From assembly GCA_030390025.1 (NCBI GenBank), contig CM059437.1, positions 17,112,001-17,176,000 on the forward strand: a stretch of DNA of 64,000 nucleotides, given 5' to 3'. Shown here piece by piece: positions 1 through 12,628 of this stretch (position 1 is its first letter; each line of letters starts with the position of its first letter). The translations under genes and the position numbers were made by a program. The notes below the pieces were generated by a model. The model worked only from the letters and a program-made list of their open reading frames with translations. It made no database searches and was not told where the DNA came from. The stretch is from Squalus acanthias (Eukaryota).

Positions 1-592
1 AGCGAGGCGACTAGTGGGTCTGCGGGGGTCAGAGAGGTCCAAAAGTGTGCTGTGGAGGTGAGTGATGGGTACAAGTATGGAGAGGTGAGTATCTGAGGTA
101 AGTGGAAACTGTTAGGAAAAGTGTACTTACCTTTGATTCTTCCTGCAGGCTTCAGTCGGTGGGTATGCGGAGAGTCTCGCACCTCCGCGGTAGAGATGAC
201 AGATGGCCGTTGCATTCTCCAATGCAACAACCAACTCATTTCTGCAAAAGAAAGAGGTTTGATGAGGTCTTGAATTCAAGACCTCATCAAACTACAGAGA
301 ATGTCAATGTTTGACAGATGAAACATCATACGTTGACATTCTCTGCAACCGGCTTTCGCTTAATTGGCCTGCTAAGCCCGCTGGGCGGGCTTAACAAGGT
401 CAATCAAGGGAAAATAGCGTGGGTTGGCCAGAAGTTGATGAAGGTGGGACTGAAACCCGACAAGTGGGAGTCCCACCTCCAAAAGCTCCCCATTGGCAAA
501 ATCACCCCCAATATGACCACCGTGTACATCTCATCAACTGTACATCTTGGCAATCCTAAGTTTCCCGCCCAATCAGCGGCAGCGGGCATGAT

Positions 593-1036
593 ATGAACCT
601 GCATGACATGATCTCAACTTCAATATTTAAAGGGACAGTCCAAGACCGTCATACACTCCAATCAAATGAGTCCATGCACGCCTTCAACACCACCGTGCAG
701 ACTCTGGATGCCAGCATGTCTGCCACCTTAAACAGGTTGACGGCTACCTTAGCCTTAGCCTTACAAGGCCGCACTGATCTGCACCAAAGTGTTCTCCAGC
801 ACAGTGGTAGCAATGAGGTGCGGCTGGCCCATGAGAGGGATGATGGCGAAAGGGGACATGGAAGTGGGGACTCTGCTCAAAGCGCTTCCACTTCTCACCC
901 ACAGCCCACCTCTCAGTCAGTAGCCCGCATGCTGCTTCATCTCCCGATGGCTGACCCTGCACAGGTGCAGGTAGGGCACTCACAGGCTCCAAAACCCAGA
1001 GGACGTCGGCCAAGAGGATCTCAGCAGTCAGAGTAG
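593..1036 (+). pseudogene. Probable C-terminal fragment of the Myb/SANT-like accessory gene of a PIF/Harbinger transposon
   Basis: Low-complexity ORF ending in a basic tail (PKPRGRRPRG). It converges on a Harbinger transposase remnant, an arrangement seen in two-gene Harbingers. The assignment is by context only. Confidence 0.45.
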
Positions 1037-1218
1037 GGATCTGAGCAGCCTGCCTCTACCTCTGCTGAAGCCACATAGGTTGCACCACGTAGGAGTAGCA
1101 GAAAAAGAAGATTTAGGTTTTGTAGTTGCACAAGGGTAGGCACATGGATGTCTGAGAAAATGTTGATTTGATAAGTTTCTGTTCTTTATTTACATCACAT
1201 AAATGTTATTCTTTTTCA

Positions 1219-1960
1219 TCACTTTCCCATCTTGTCCATTCTTGGGTGCTGGGTGGTAAGTGGCCTTCTAAGTTGTTTGATGATGAATGTGAGGACATAA
1301 ATTGATGGAGACCAAAGGGGGATTGTTGAAGGGGTGGTTGGCTGGTTGCAGGACAGCTTTGTGTCAGTGGCATTGGTCGGGGGCAGGAAGAGTGGCATTT
1401 GCATTTTCACGTGACATGGCCACTGGTGCAGCCTAAGTGAACCTTGCATTAATAAGGCCATCCCGGGCAATAATGTGAGCAGCTGGGGATGCTTTGCCCT
1501 CATCACCCTCCTCTTCCTCCTATTCCACGTGTGTGTAGTCGAAGGCGCCCTGCACCTGTGGGAAGCCAGCCAGAGCCACAAAGCCGAATGCCTGCTCATT
1601 CTGACTGGCATCATCGTTGGCAAAGTTGAAATAATTGCCGGCCCTGGCAAACAACCCATCAGTCACCTGTCTTATGCATTTGTGGGCGGCGGACTGGGAG
1701 ATCCTGGATATGTCTGTGGCAGGTCCTGGAAGGATCCAGAGGCAAAAATGTTGAAGGCAGTGGTGACTTTGAGAGTCCCACTGGTAACGCTTGGCCACCA
1801 GGTCCAGCTGGCTGCAGGTCTTCTTCTAGGAGGCTGCAGATTTCTGCCACCACCTGACACGACATCCTGAGCCTCCTGAGATACTGGTGTTCAGACATGT
1901 CATGGAAACTCAGCCTTTACCTGTGGACCCTCTTTCGTGGGTATTGCCTCCTGTGACCTG
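1219..1960 (-). pseudogene. Degenerate Harbinger (HARBI1-like) DDE transposase fragment
   Basis: Frameshifted pieces LRMSCQVVAEICSLLEEDLQP / KVTTAFNIFASGSFQ / ISQSAAHKCIRQVTDGL...AGFPQVQGAFDYTHV match the HARBI1 N-terminal motifs (ASGSFQ, GFPxVxGAIDCTHV). The central region is deleted. Confidence 0.88.
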
Positions 1961-3179
1961 CACCTCTCTGCTGGTCACCTCTCTGCTGGCACCTCTCTGC
2001 TGCTGCCCTCTCTGCTGCTCCCCTCTCTCCTGTGGAGCTACAGGTCTGTAAGCAGCAGGCTGCTGTGGGTGCTGTTGCTGGTCATCTTGGTCCTCATCTG
2101 AGGTCCATTCTAAGGCAGCAGAAGCAGGACTCGTTATGATGCGTTAGAACAAACCTCCAAAGTGTAGAAAGTAACTTCGCAGCAAACGTACTGTGAACAA
2201 ACCCTTTCCCACAAGCAGGTAAGAAAGCAGCTGTGAGTACTGATTGCTTACTGGCATATTTCCCTGAGATTGATTCAGCCCCCTCAATTGCGCTGTGTTC
2301 TCACCTTGCTTTCACTGGCAAGTTTCAGGAAGCCTGGGAAACCCGTGGACCCACGTTAAATCAAAAGTATGTGTTAATATCGCTCTATTTGATATGGTAA
2401 TTGATATGGTAATTGGCAACCTGCCTCGTCCGAGGGGATTGTGCGCACGCAGCCTAACGCGCTCGAGTTAAATGCAGGAGTTGGTGGGTTGGAGCCGGCT
2501 TCCTGACACGCTGACGTTTTTCCTGGTTTTAACCCCCTAACCCCCTACCCTACCTACCCAAACCCATGTGCTCTTCCATGTTAAAATTCAGCCCAATGTT
2601 TAGACTTCTTGAGGGTGGGGAGGGGAGGGGGGTGGTGGCAGGAGGTGCCTTGGAATGTTCCCAGAGAGAGTCGGTGGAATAATTGTAATGTTACATAGTA
2701 CACAATAGTGTAATTGCAAGAACCACAAGGATGCTTATTAATGAGCAATAAGCCAGACCCCAACAGGAGAAGGGGGAATGTGTAGCAAATTAGGCCAACT
2801 ACATTAAGCAGCCATTGAGGATTTGCACAGGGTCCTTACAACAATAAAAGGAGCACATTCACAATGTTGTAGCTAATCTCTCCATAAGTTGATCTGCTGT
2901 AGTGCTGTTTATATGAATTTTTAAAATGGCAGTGTTCAACATTGCCTTTATTTCTTGAAGTGTATGTGTTGAATGTGTTTAGGTGGTGTCACTCTGCATG
3001 TTCCCTTACACTTATAATAATGTAGCACAATTATTTTTTGTACTACTTCCAAATGATGCCCTCATAAAAGGAGTGGATATCGAGGCTTGTTGTAAAGTCT
3101 CTTCTGGACCACTTTGTTATTCCAAAGCCTAAATCTGTCTCTATGCCATGGTCCTTTTTCTGCACCAGGATTAGCCAGT

Positions 3180-3262
3180 CCTTCAACCTTGTTCACCTTC
3201 ATTGCTTTCTGTTTCCCTTCAACCTTGCTCATCTTCATTGCTTTCTGTTTCCCTTCAACCTT
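3180..3262. repeat. 36-bp tandem repeat, about 2.3 copies
   Basis: CCTTCAACCTTG(T/C)TCA(C/T)CTTCATTGCTTTCTGTTTC at 3180 and 3216, with a partial copy at 3252. Confidence 0.9.
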
Positions 3263-4229
3263 AGCCAGTTCTATTCTGGCTGTGGGGAACAACATGCCTT
3301 TTGGGGGCTTCTCCTGTTATTTCCCCCAGGTCGCTTGTTGACAAGTGACTGGCGGTGGCTTGAAAACCTGCATGCATGCCATTTTTAAAGGCCGAGTCCC
3401 AAAGGTGCCCATTAATCTGAGATGCCCCAACTGCCTGTGTGACTGAGGTAACCCCTGGCACTCATGTTGATTGCTACTCTGTGGCAGTCGAGAGCCGGCA
3501 ACTGTTACCCCATGACCGTTCAGAACCAGGTGATAATATTCCCAGCAATATCCAAACCAGCTTCCATTGTGTTCTGCAGAGACACATGTGGCTGGTTCAC
3601 AAATTCAAGCTCATGAACTATCCTTCATTTCATAGGTGGTCCCATGAGGTCAGAATCACAAAGAAATTCAACAGGACAAGTGAACATCCTGGATCTCTGT
3701 TCACCAGCAGTTTCTCATACATATTTCCTCTTCAAGCTCACTAATATCTTCCAAAATGTGTATTTCTGAGCTAGTATCTACTTCAATTGGTGTGTATAAG
3801 AGTTCAAAAATAAGCATTGCGGTACTGCTTCCACCTCCTTGCATCGAGAAGATGGTGCATAATGACTACATAGGCATTGACATGCATTTTGCAGCTGTAT
3901 TGAGATATGTGCTAAGTCTCATGGCAGACCTCAAACACCTAATGAAAATCAAAATCATTACTGCGGCCAATAGGGCTGATTATTTGTGGGGCTATGGAAA
4001 CTTGAAAACTATCCATCCTTATTGAGACTTTGGAACAAGATGTGTGCATGACCTCTAGCGCACAATATACAGCTAGCTGGGATATTACCGGCAGAATGAA
4101 TTGGGTGAAAAACATGAATAAGGCCAGTTGGCCTGATTTACTGAAACGCTGCACAATGGGCGTAGCTGAGCACAAAATCTTCCCTAATATACACAATGCT
4201 GTTTTACAAATTAGGAGGTTTGTCATTTG

Positions 4230-4925
4230 CACAAACTTTACAGTGCAGTTGGCAGCCTGATTTAAATTTAACGTTTGCCGGCCTGCTTTCCCAGGGCTCG
4301 GGAAACCCGGCAACTAAAGAGAGATGGAAGCAGCTGGCTGCAGAAGCTGTGTGCTTTGTGAGCCAGGAGGAGCAGGAATGCTCCCCCTGGCCCCTCAAAC
4401 AAACCTTCTGCCGATCGCAGCTTCTCCTCGCTGCAGTGATCAGCCGAACCCCACCCCCCCACTACACCAAAACCCAATCTGTCCCATCCTCCCTGCTATT
4501 GCCAGGCTCCAACCCCGCCCTACCACCAAGCCCCGATCTTTCCCGATTGGAAGAATTCCAAGCAATTCCCACCCTCTCCTTTATATTCCCAATTAATGCC
4601 AGCCTTTAGAGCCATTCATCATGAACTTGGCAGTGTTGAATCTGGCAAATTTCAAATCTGGCAAATCACCTGAACAGAAGGGATCTTTCAAGCCAGCATT
4701 TGTCTGGAGGAAAGGCAACCTCCTATCACTGGCTTTCCCGTCCGGCAGCTAGCCAGCCTGTCAATTTGACTGGCTGCCAGGCGGGAAACTGAATGAAAAA
4801 TGTGATAATGAGTTCCTGCCGTTAAATTCGGCAGCACCTCCGCGTCCCCGGGATTTCCGGGTTTTCCCACCACTGCCGCACTCCCCACGCTCTCTCCCCG
4901 CCTCCCCGTAAATATTAGGGCCGCT
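4230..4925. mobile_element. GC-rich non-autonomous DNA transposon remnant(s), Harbinger-like
   Basis: GGGAAACCCGG/CCGGGTTTTCCC motifs shared with other GC-rich repeats here (2330, 12400). Boundaries are approximate. Confidence 0.45.
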
Positions 4926-5857
4926 GTGTTCACTGTTACTGCTTCCCGTGACTTCTGTATCCTCTGTTATTTATGGAATTCCCTTCCACTCTTAAGAGAG
5001 TATTTTGCCTTTCCCCCTTACCACGTACAATAATCTGCAGGACCTAGTCAGTGATGCGAACTATTTGCAATCTGTCTGCTCTGTGAATGCTTAAATGTGT
5101 GCATTCCACAGCTGGATGACCCACTGTTAATACATGTTATTTATACTGCTTTCATGTCTATTAAATTGGTTAACAAGTGATCCATCAACATTATTGCAGT
5201 TGCATTCTGATTGGCTCCTCAGTTGTACATTAGTTCTAACGCATGCATCCCCGCAGAAAGTACACATTCCTATGAATGCATTAAAAATGGAAGAGAAAGT
5301 GAACTCTCATTTAATACTCTCAGTGCACTAAGAGAAAGTTCATCCCTAAGGGTAAGAAATACCATGGTGATTTTTTTTTTCTTTAAGGAAAAGACAAGGG
5401 AAGAACCTTATCCGAAAGGTATTCTTTCCTCACCCTTCTTTATTCTTGAAGATGTTATTGTCCATTAGGAGCACCGATGTCATTTGGTGCTGTTTTGTCA
5501 TGATGTTGTGCAAGACGCAATCCTGTGAAATGTCATCTGCAAGCAAGATGAAATCAACGGAAACTTTAATGGTTGCAGCTGTGTATCGCACAAGTGATGT
5601 CATCTTTTATGAAGATGTAACAAATGACATTGGCAGAGTTTTTATTGCTTTTCCCCACAGACAGCCAAACAATTATTTGACTGTGGAATTAATGGTCAGA
5701 TGCTGTTCGAGTTATTTGGATTTGACTAGCTTCCCAGCTTTTCTGGGCAACACGTGTGCCAATAAACGTGAAGGAAAAGCTTGACATAGTTGTGGTATGA
5801 CCCAGATTCTAATGCAGTAAGTAGAGTTTGTTTTATACTTATATGCCAATCACAGAC

Positions 5858-5960
5858 AGAAAGAAAGAACGACCTTGCGTTTATGTAGCGCCTTGCATGG
5901 CCTCAGGACGTCCCAAAGCGCTTTATACCCAATTAAGTACTTTTGAACTGTTGTAATGCA
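5858..5960 (-). mobile_element. 3' tail fragment of a Deu-domain SINE / L2
   Basis: Reverse complement matches the SINE tail AAAGCGCTTTGGGACGTCC...GGCGCTACATAAACGCAAGG seen at 39920 and 51870. Confidence 0.7.
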
Positions 5961-6586
5961 CAGCTCCTACATCATGTGATCAACAGTTATTCTGTGACAG
6001 CCCTGGCAAATACTGACTCGCATTTTATTTTTGTTCTCAGGATGTAGGTGATGTTGGCAGGCTCGCATTTATTGCCCATCTCTAATTGTCCTGAGAAGGT
6101 GGTGGTGGTGGGCCACCTTTGTTGTAGTGATTGCTTTTAGAACTGAGTGGCTTGCTAGGCCATTTTTTATAAACTTTGGAGCACTTTATTACTTCAAACT
6201 TTTATAAGAAATATTTTCTCAATAAATTCTAATTGTAATCTGTTACTTTGATGTTTTGGTACAAAAGAGATTTTGCGCCAAGGGACAGGATTTGTTGAGT
6301 GCACCAAGACACCCTTCCATCATTTGAGGTAACAGATTAGGAAATTAAGTCCATATCTTCCATGCAAAGCAGTCACTTGCTCCACATTTAATAAGAGATC
6401 CATTTACTCTTAATTGCTTTATTCTTATCCCCATGTTTAATTTGGACGCTGACCACAATTTCTGGCCAATCTACTTCAGTACAAACAGTTCAGTTTAGGC
6501 ATCTGTTAACAGAATCAGGATAGATTTTATTTATTTCAGAGGGCGGGGGGATGGGGGGGGCAACATTTTCATAGAAAAAAAACACA

Positions 6587-8253
6587 GGCCGGAATTTTGC
6601 CTACCTGGGCGGGTCTGGTGCGGGCGGTGGTCATGGCGGGTCGCGACCCCGCTGTTGGCTCCATCCCGCTGCTGAAAATGACTTTCCCTTAATAGGACCT
6701 ATTAAGCCCGCCCTGCACGTTACCCGGCCCATTAAATGGTGCGGGTCTGGTGACATCATCGATGACGCGTTCTCAGCTGCTATCTTTAAAGGGGCCATGG
6801 CCACATTGGATTTGAATGTCAATATAACATAGTGCTGTCAATGCACTACAGCATTGGAGTGCTGCAAATACTGACAGTGACTGCACACAGGCAGAGGACT
6901 GCATCCAGGTTCTCCGATGACTCCCTCCATATGCTTATGGAGGGAGTCAGAGCGTGCAGGGAAGTCCCCTTCCCTTCCAATGGGCGGAAGAGACCTCCCC
7001 AAGACACCAAAATAGCTTGGTTGGAGATTGCAGAGGAGGTCACCAGCAGAGATGTGGTCAGGAGGACCTGCATGCAGTGCTTCAAATGTTTCAATTATCT
7101 CATTAGTAAAAGGCCACACTCACCTTCATGCTGCTGTGCCTCTCATCACATCCCCATCAATCTGCCTTCCCGACCTTAGCCCTGCACATCCTTACTCACA
7201 TCAACATACCTTGCATGTCCACCCATCCCTCTCTCTCTACACATCCCCATCTCACTAGCCACCCATCACACTCACCCTCATCCTAGTGCAATCATACCAA
7301 CTAACAACACACAAGGGTAGCCACTTGGGTGTTTTATCCAATGTTTATGTAAACTTTCCATTAATGAGCTGTCAAACATAAAAATCTTTATTTTCATCAC
7401 TTTCCAGTGTTGGACAGATTTGTGTGCACCTTTGGAAGTGGCTTAGTGAGTTGCCGTGAATGGTGAGACATAACGGTACCCCCCGCAATGGTGGTGAGTG
7501 TGAAAGGAATGGCTTGGGCATTCTTGGGATGCTTTATGGTGTTGCTGTGGGGTGGTGCCAACCTGGCGCATCATGTGGCAGCCAGGGTGTACAGCGTCAA
7601 TTGAAGTAAGTCTGGCCATGGTGAGGCCATCCCTGGCGTCCTGGGCAGCAATGTGCTCGGGTGATGATGCCCTCTGTCCTGTGCAGCATCAGATGATTGC
7701 AAAGAAGGTTGGTGTTGTTGTTGTTGTTGTTGGTGCTGCTGGTGTTGGGGCTCATCGTGGTCAGATTCTGTCAATGGTGGGCGAGTTCTTCCAATGAGGT
7801 GACACTGGATGGAGACTTTGCTGAAAAGACTGCAGCCTGCAGAATCTGTGCTGGGAATGCAGTGAGAAACAGCTTCTACTGAGAAAAGTGATCATCTGTC
7901 AGGTGGGAGCTTTTATAATACATTTGATGCTGTCAACTAATCAGCTGGATCTGGAGCAGGAGCCTCAGGTTGACAGACATGGTTCCTGAACAGCGTGTTT
8001 CCCGTGGCCGTGCAGTTACATTTAAAAGGTAAGGTTAAAACCACTCTTAAGGGTTTGACAACTAGGTACTAATAATTTAAATTGGGTCGCCCACCTCTGC
8101 CGGTTGGGTCAGGTCCACGCTGACAGACGTGCCTGGGGGAAAGGCACATGGGAGCGGGATGACAGCGGGTTCCCGAACCGCTCCCAAAAATAACAACTTT
8201 CCCACCCGACCAGCCTCCGATCGTGCCCGCTACCACCCCGGAAAATTCCGGCC
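6587..8253. mobile_element. Internally deleted PIF/Harbinger transposon with TIRs
   Basis: Perfect 12-bp TIR GGCCGGAATTTT (6587) / AAAATTCCGGCC (8242-8253). Contains a Myb/SANT-like remnant. Confidence 0.85.
6880..7110 (+). pseudogene. Harbinger Myb/SANT (trihelix, NAIF1-like) DNA-binding protein fragment
   Basis: RQRTASRFSDDSLHMLMEGV...KIAWLEIAEEVTSRDVVRRTCMQCFKCFNYL matches the RFS..L..L / AW..IA..V / R...QC.K.FNDL pattern. Confidence 0.8.
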
Positions 8254-9492
8254 ATAATCTCTGAACCTACCCCATAGGACACTACTGCATGGATAGCTAA
8301 TGCATGTATCAAAACTTTCTCTCCCCACTATTATAGTGGAGGTTTAACCCATTTAAAATAAATGACCTAACCCCTTCGATAAGTGGAGAGAGGAACTGCA
8401 GATGAACAATTTAAACATTTGAATGCTGGTATACATGACATAATTTCAGGGCTATACATTTTGTACATAGAAATGATTGTCAGGGATATAAATCTTCACC
8501 CAGAAGACACTGGGGTAGAAACGAGTTCTGGCCCGTTTCCAGGTGCATAACCAATGGTGCGCAGACAGCGAGCTCCTGAACCGGGACAAATGAGGCTCAG
8601 CCAAAATTTCAGGGTTAGATGCGATATGCTACTTTGTCCGATTTTGCTTAATGCTCTGTTTCAATGATTCAGTTGGTTATGGGCCAAGCAATGCTTTGAT
8701 TTAAATCCCATGAATAATAAAGTATAGTAATCATGAAGCTCTGAATATATTATTACATGTGGAAGAAATTCTAATGTAACAGTATGTCTCAAGCTCAGTT
8801 GACTGCAATACTCTTGTTAAGTGAATATCTGATATGTGAATTTTTCCATTGACTGAAAATCAATCTAGTTTTAAATCTTCTCCTAATTGCAGCTGTTAAC
8901 TGAATAAGTGGATAATTTGTGCACGGAATACATATTGGTTGGAAGTGTAATGGACCTAGATCCATCATGTTGCATATTATAACATTTTTACATTTTATAT
9001 CTTTTCATTAAAATTTTATCTGGGCCAAAATTTGACAAATTTAAACTCGTTTCTGTTAACTACTGTCTGTAAGGGGCTTATTCTGTCTTGTATGTGGATG
9101 TATGTTTTTTTGAGTGAGTACACACAAGAAGCATTGCGTATTAATGTCAAATTTAAACTGGTTTCTATTAACTTCTTTCTGGAAGGAATTTGTTTATGTG
9201 TGTGGGAGAGACAAATATGCAAACCCTGTCTGGAGTTATAAGTGCTAGCTTCACAGAACAACCAGCTTCTCTTTATATTGATTGCTCGAAAACAAACCCT
9301 TATCAGGACAAAATCGGTTTAATTAATTTCTCAGACAATGTTTGCACATTGGCTACTGCAAGAAAGAGAAGGAACCATTAGCTGGCTGTCCAAGAGGATC
9401 CTGCTGACAAACAAGATATTATTTAAAAAAGCATTTGAGTGCCTTTTTTTTTGCATCATGACTTGGCTCATCCAATTAGATAAAGATACCTT

Positions 9493-10219
9493 GGCCGAGA
9501 AATTTGGCCATGCAGCACCTGTTTTTCAGGCACTAAATGGCCTCCTAAGCCTCCACAATGGCAAGCAGGAAACTGAAGTGGATTGTGAGCTGGAAGTGCG
9601 CCATCCACCATATTGTTAGAGGCCAAAAAATCGCCTTGCCTGAATAGGTGTTAGGCCCTTTGCACATGCAAATAAGGGGCCTAACATCTGTTTGAGGAAC
9701 TCACTGCAAATTTGGTTTGCCCTGAGGCAGCCGGTGGCAGCGAGAAAGCCAGGCCTACCTGTGGCCTATCAGGTGCTCATTAAAGGCCTGTTGGGCCACA
9801 ACCAAAGTAAGTTTTTTTTAAAAATATACTTACCTGAATGTGGAGCAGGAGTGCTCCTCCTGACCCCACATAAAAAGACTGTCGCTGCCGCCAAGCCGCC
9901 ACTCCAACCCTCGATTTCCTCTCTCCCCCACCCCCTGACTCAGCCACTGATTTCTTTTTTTCCTTCCCCACTACCCCCCTCCCCCCCCCCCCCCCCCCCC
10001 CACCTACCAAACCCCTAGCACCAGCCCGGTCGCCCCTCTTCATTACTTGCCCAATCTCCACCCACACTTCACCAGGCGAGCTGCCTCTTACTCTCCGCAG
10101 CTCGCCCGCTTCGTAGAAATGAGGCCCAAAGCCTAATATGGGGAGCGTCTCGGGCCTCACGATTCAGGCGCAGGGATTGTCTCCTGTTCATCCACCGCAT
10201 GCCCAAAAATTTCTAGGCC
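9493..10219. mobile_element. Harbinger-type MITE
   Basis: TIR GGCCGAGAAATTT / AAATTTCTAGGCC (12 of 13 match), flanked by a 3-bp direct repeat CTT (9490-9492 and 10220-10222). Confidence 0.8.
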
Positions 10220-12059
10220 CTTAAGTCTACACCCCCAAAATATTAGATGAGAAGACCTTTAAGCTTAAAAACTTAAATTACTTACATAAAAATACACACT
10301 TGTGATGTTAAAAGCTTACCTAGCATAAAAAGGTCTTGCAATAGCTGCTCATCTTCAGTTCACTCAATTCAACCCTGTGTAGAGGTCATTGCAGTGAGAC
10401 AGAACTCCGTGAATGTAGAGACATGTGCTTACCTCAAAGCTCATCAAAATACTTTCTTATTTGCGTCTTGGAAACAGTGAGAATTCAAGACACTATTCTT
10501 TTATCTGCTCATTGAACTTGCTGCTGTCCATATTTCTTTCATACAATAAACTGTTCTTTATTTAGCCTGAAAAATATTCTCCATTAGCACAGTGTTGTTC
10601 TGCCTATCAGAGAGGTCAGGATCAGACCATTGGTAATTCGTATGATCTCTCATACAATCCAGTAGGGAACAAGTACCTTGTTAGTCCTGAGGCACACGAC
10701 AACCCATTTAGTTCACACTCAAGGTTAAACTTCAGTCCACCAGAGGTACGAACCTACTTATGGAAAATGGCTTTTGCAGTGTGTTGGGAATGAGCCTGAA
10801 TGGTATCAGTAATTTCATTTTAACTAAATGCATTGTCACCCTATTTTACCCTAGATTACATACCAATCTTCAGTATACATTTCAGGTTTCTTATTCTATA
10901 ATCTATTCAATACAACTAATTAAAATATAGCAATCTGAAACTTTTATTTTAGAAAATATCTTATCACAGTATGCAAAAAATTATTTAACATAAAAAGCTT
11001 TTGTATATTTTAATATGTTGAAAGACAAAGTGGCAACAGATTATTTGCTGAACTGAAATTGACTCAACTATAGTGCATTTCCATTTATACAGGTGGAAAT
11101 TGCTAGCAATAAATTATTCATTGATTATATTTTTAGATATAGAGCTATAATTTAATGCTCGTCAAGAACAAAGTTTATTCTTTCTTTTTGCTTTAAGATT
11201 TTGAAAGATGTTACCCTACTAGAATCCTTCAGATAGCAAAATGATGAGGTCATCCTTTATTGCGCCTGGGAAAATGAAGAAACACATTGACCACACAGCT
11301 CAGGAATTGCCCCCTCAATTCTTCTCCATGCACCAAGATCGAAAAGTGAGAGTACCTCATAGGCTCAGGACATTGAAAATAGACTGACTTCTATCTGAAT
11401 ATGAACACTACATCCTTGCACTGTTGCACAAGGTGGCTGGACACAGTTAATCAAGTGGTTTGGCACTGTTGTCAATCTTCTGATGGCACTATTCCACCAC
11501 CTGCTACCATTCTCCATGCAGCTGAAGGAAATCACTACTCCAAACTCCTTTAAGACCTTCACGGGATTGTTGGGCTGAAATGCCACACCTTTTGAAGGCT
11601 GATGATATGAAATATTCTCGTAATGCCTCCTCTCAAAGTTTGACTTCAAGTAGTGTTAGAGGGTTTTCCTAGGAAAATAATCAGTAATAAAGTTAATTAT
11701 TTTTCCTTTTTTATTTTGCAAAAATACAAATAATGATTTACTTTTTATTGAAGACTTGTTCAATTAAAAAGTCACTTTTTCTCACTTCAGTCTGCTGATG
11801 CCAGAAAACAAGTTACCATGTCAATATAAATGTTAAAGAAATGTTAAGGAGACAGTGCTGCAGAGTGGCCTTATACTTCGTATTTTCACTTTCTGCACAG
11901 TTCTGGTAATTCTTCAACATCTTTATCCTGTGCGTGTCCACTTCCTCAATATATGTGTGCTTGCCTATAGCAGAAAACTTATTAAAATGACTAGATAAAT
12001 TGCAACTTTTATTTACATAAATTTGTCACTGCCCTTTTATGTATAATGCACAATATAAT

Positions 12060-12628
12060 ATAGGAGGAGCAGGTGGGGGGTGCGGAGGGTGGCTTCTGAT
12101 GGGATCGGGGACTGGGAGCAACACGGTGAGGGCCGGAGGAGCGTGGTGGGGAGGCCTTGTGAGGGGATCAGAGGCCTTGGGGGGGGGGGGGGGGGGGGTG
12201 GGGGGGGGGGAAGGCCTCTTAGGGGATCAGAGGCCTGGGAGAGGAGACCTCATGGGGGATCGGAGGCCTTTTGGGGGAGGATTTGAGGCCTCATGGTGGG
12301 GTCTCCGATCACGGGGGGTGGGTTAGGCAGGGACCCTGGATCCAGGAGGTAATGTAAAGGCACTAATATCCTTGATCCTGCAGTCCTCGCCTTGCATTAG
12401 CTGGCGGGTTTCACGAGGCGTGCAAAACCCGACCAGCTAAATTTAGAAACAAAATGGAGGTTAAAGCAGAGGCTTTCAGCCTCATTATAATACTTAAATA
12501 GGCAACCCACCTCCATTAAAACTGGATGTGGGTGGGTTGGAGGCGGGTTCAGTGGGATTCAAATTTTTAACATTTTAACTACCCCCACGCCCCCAACCCA
12601 CCCATTTTTTGAGGTTAAAATTCCCCCC
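12060..12628. mobile_element. Harbinger-type MITE fragment, G-rich
   Basis: Right end GTTAAAATTCCCCCC and subterminal GGCAACC...GGGTTGGAGGCGGGTT sequence are similar to 2410-2594. Confidence 0.6.

Larger units (their letters stand above)
593..2594. mobile_element. Decayed PIF/Harbinger DNA transposon (left end uncertain)
   Basis: Transposase remnant plus a right terminus AAAATTCAGCCC (2583-2594) resembling other Harbinger TIRs in the window (GGCCGGAATTTT). Confidence 0.7.

Noticed and set aside
3062-3388. Short ORFs with repeated peptides or a CRISPR-like repeat
   Set aside because: A simple 36-bp tandem duplication without spacers, in a eukaryotic context.
7571-7774. Poly-Q ORF
   Set aside because: A (GTT)n microsatellite within a decayed Harbinger element.
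9974-12210. Poly-C/poly-G runs giving Pro/Gly-rich ORFs (also at 19683, 26366, 34818 and 44557)
   Set aside because: Homopolymer tracts, some inside MITEs, with no coding signal. Their lengths may be unreliable.
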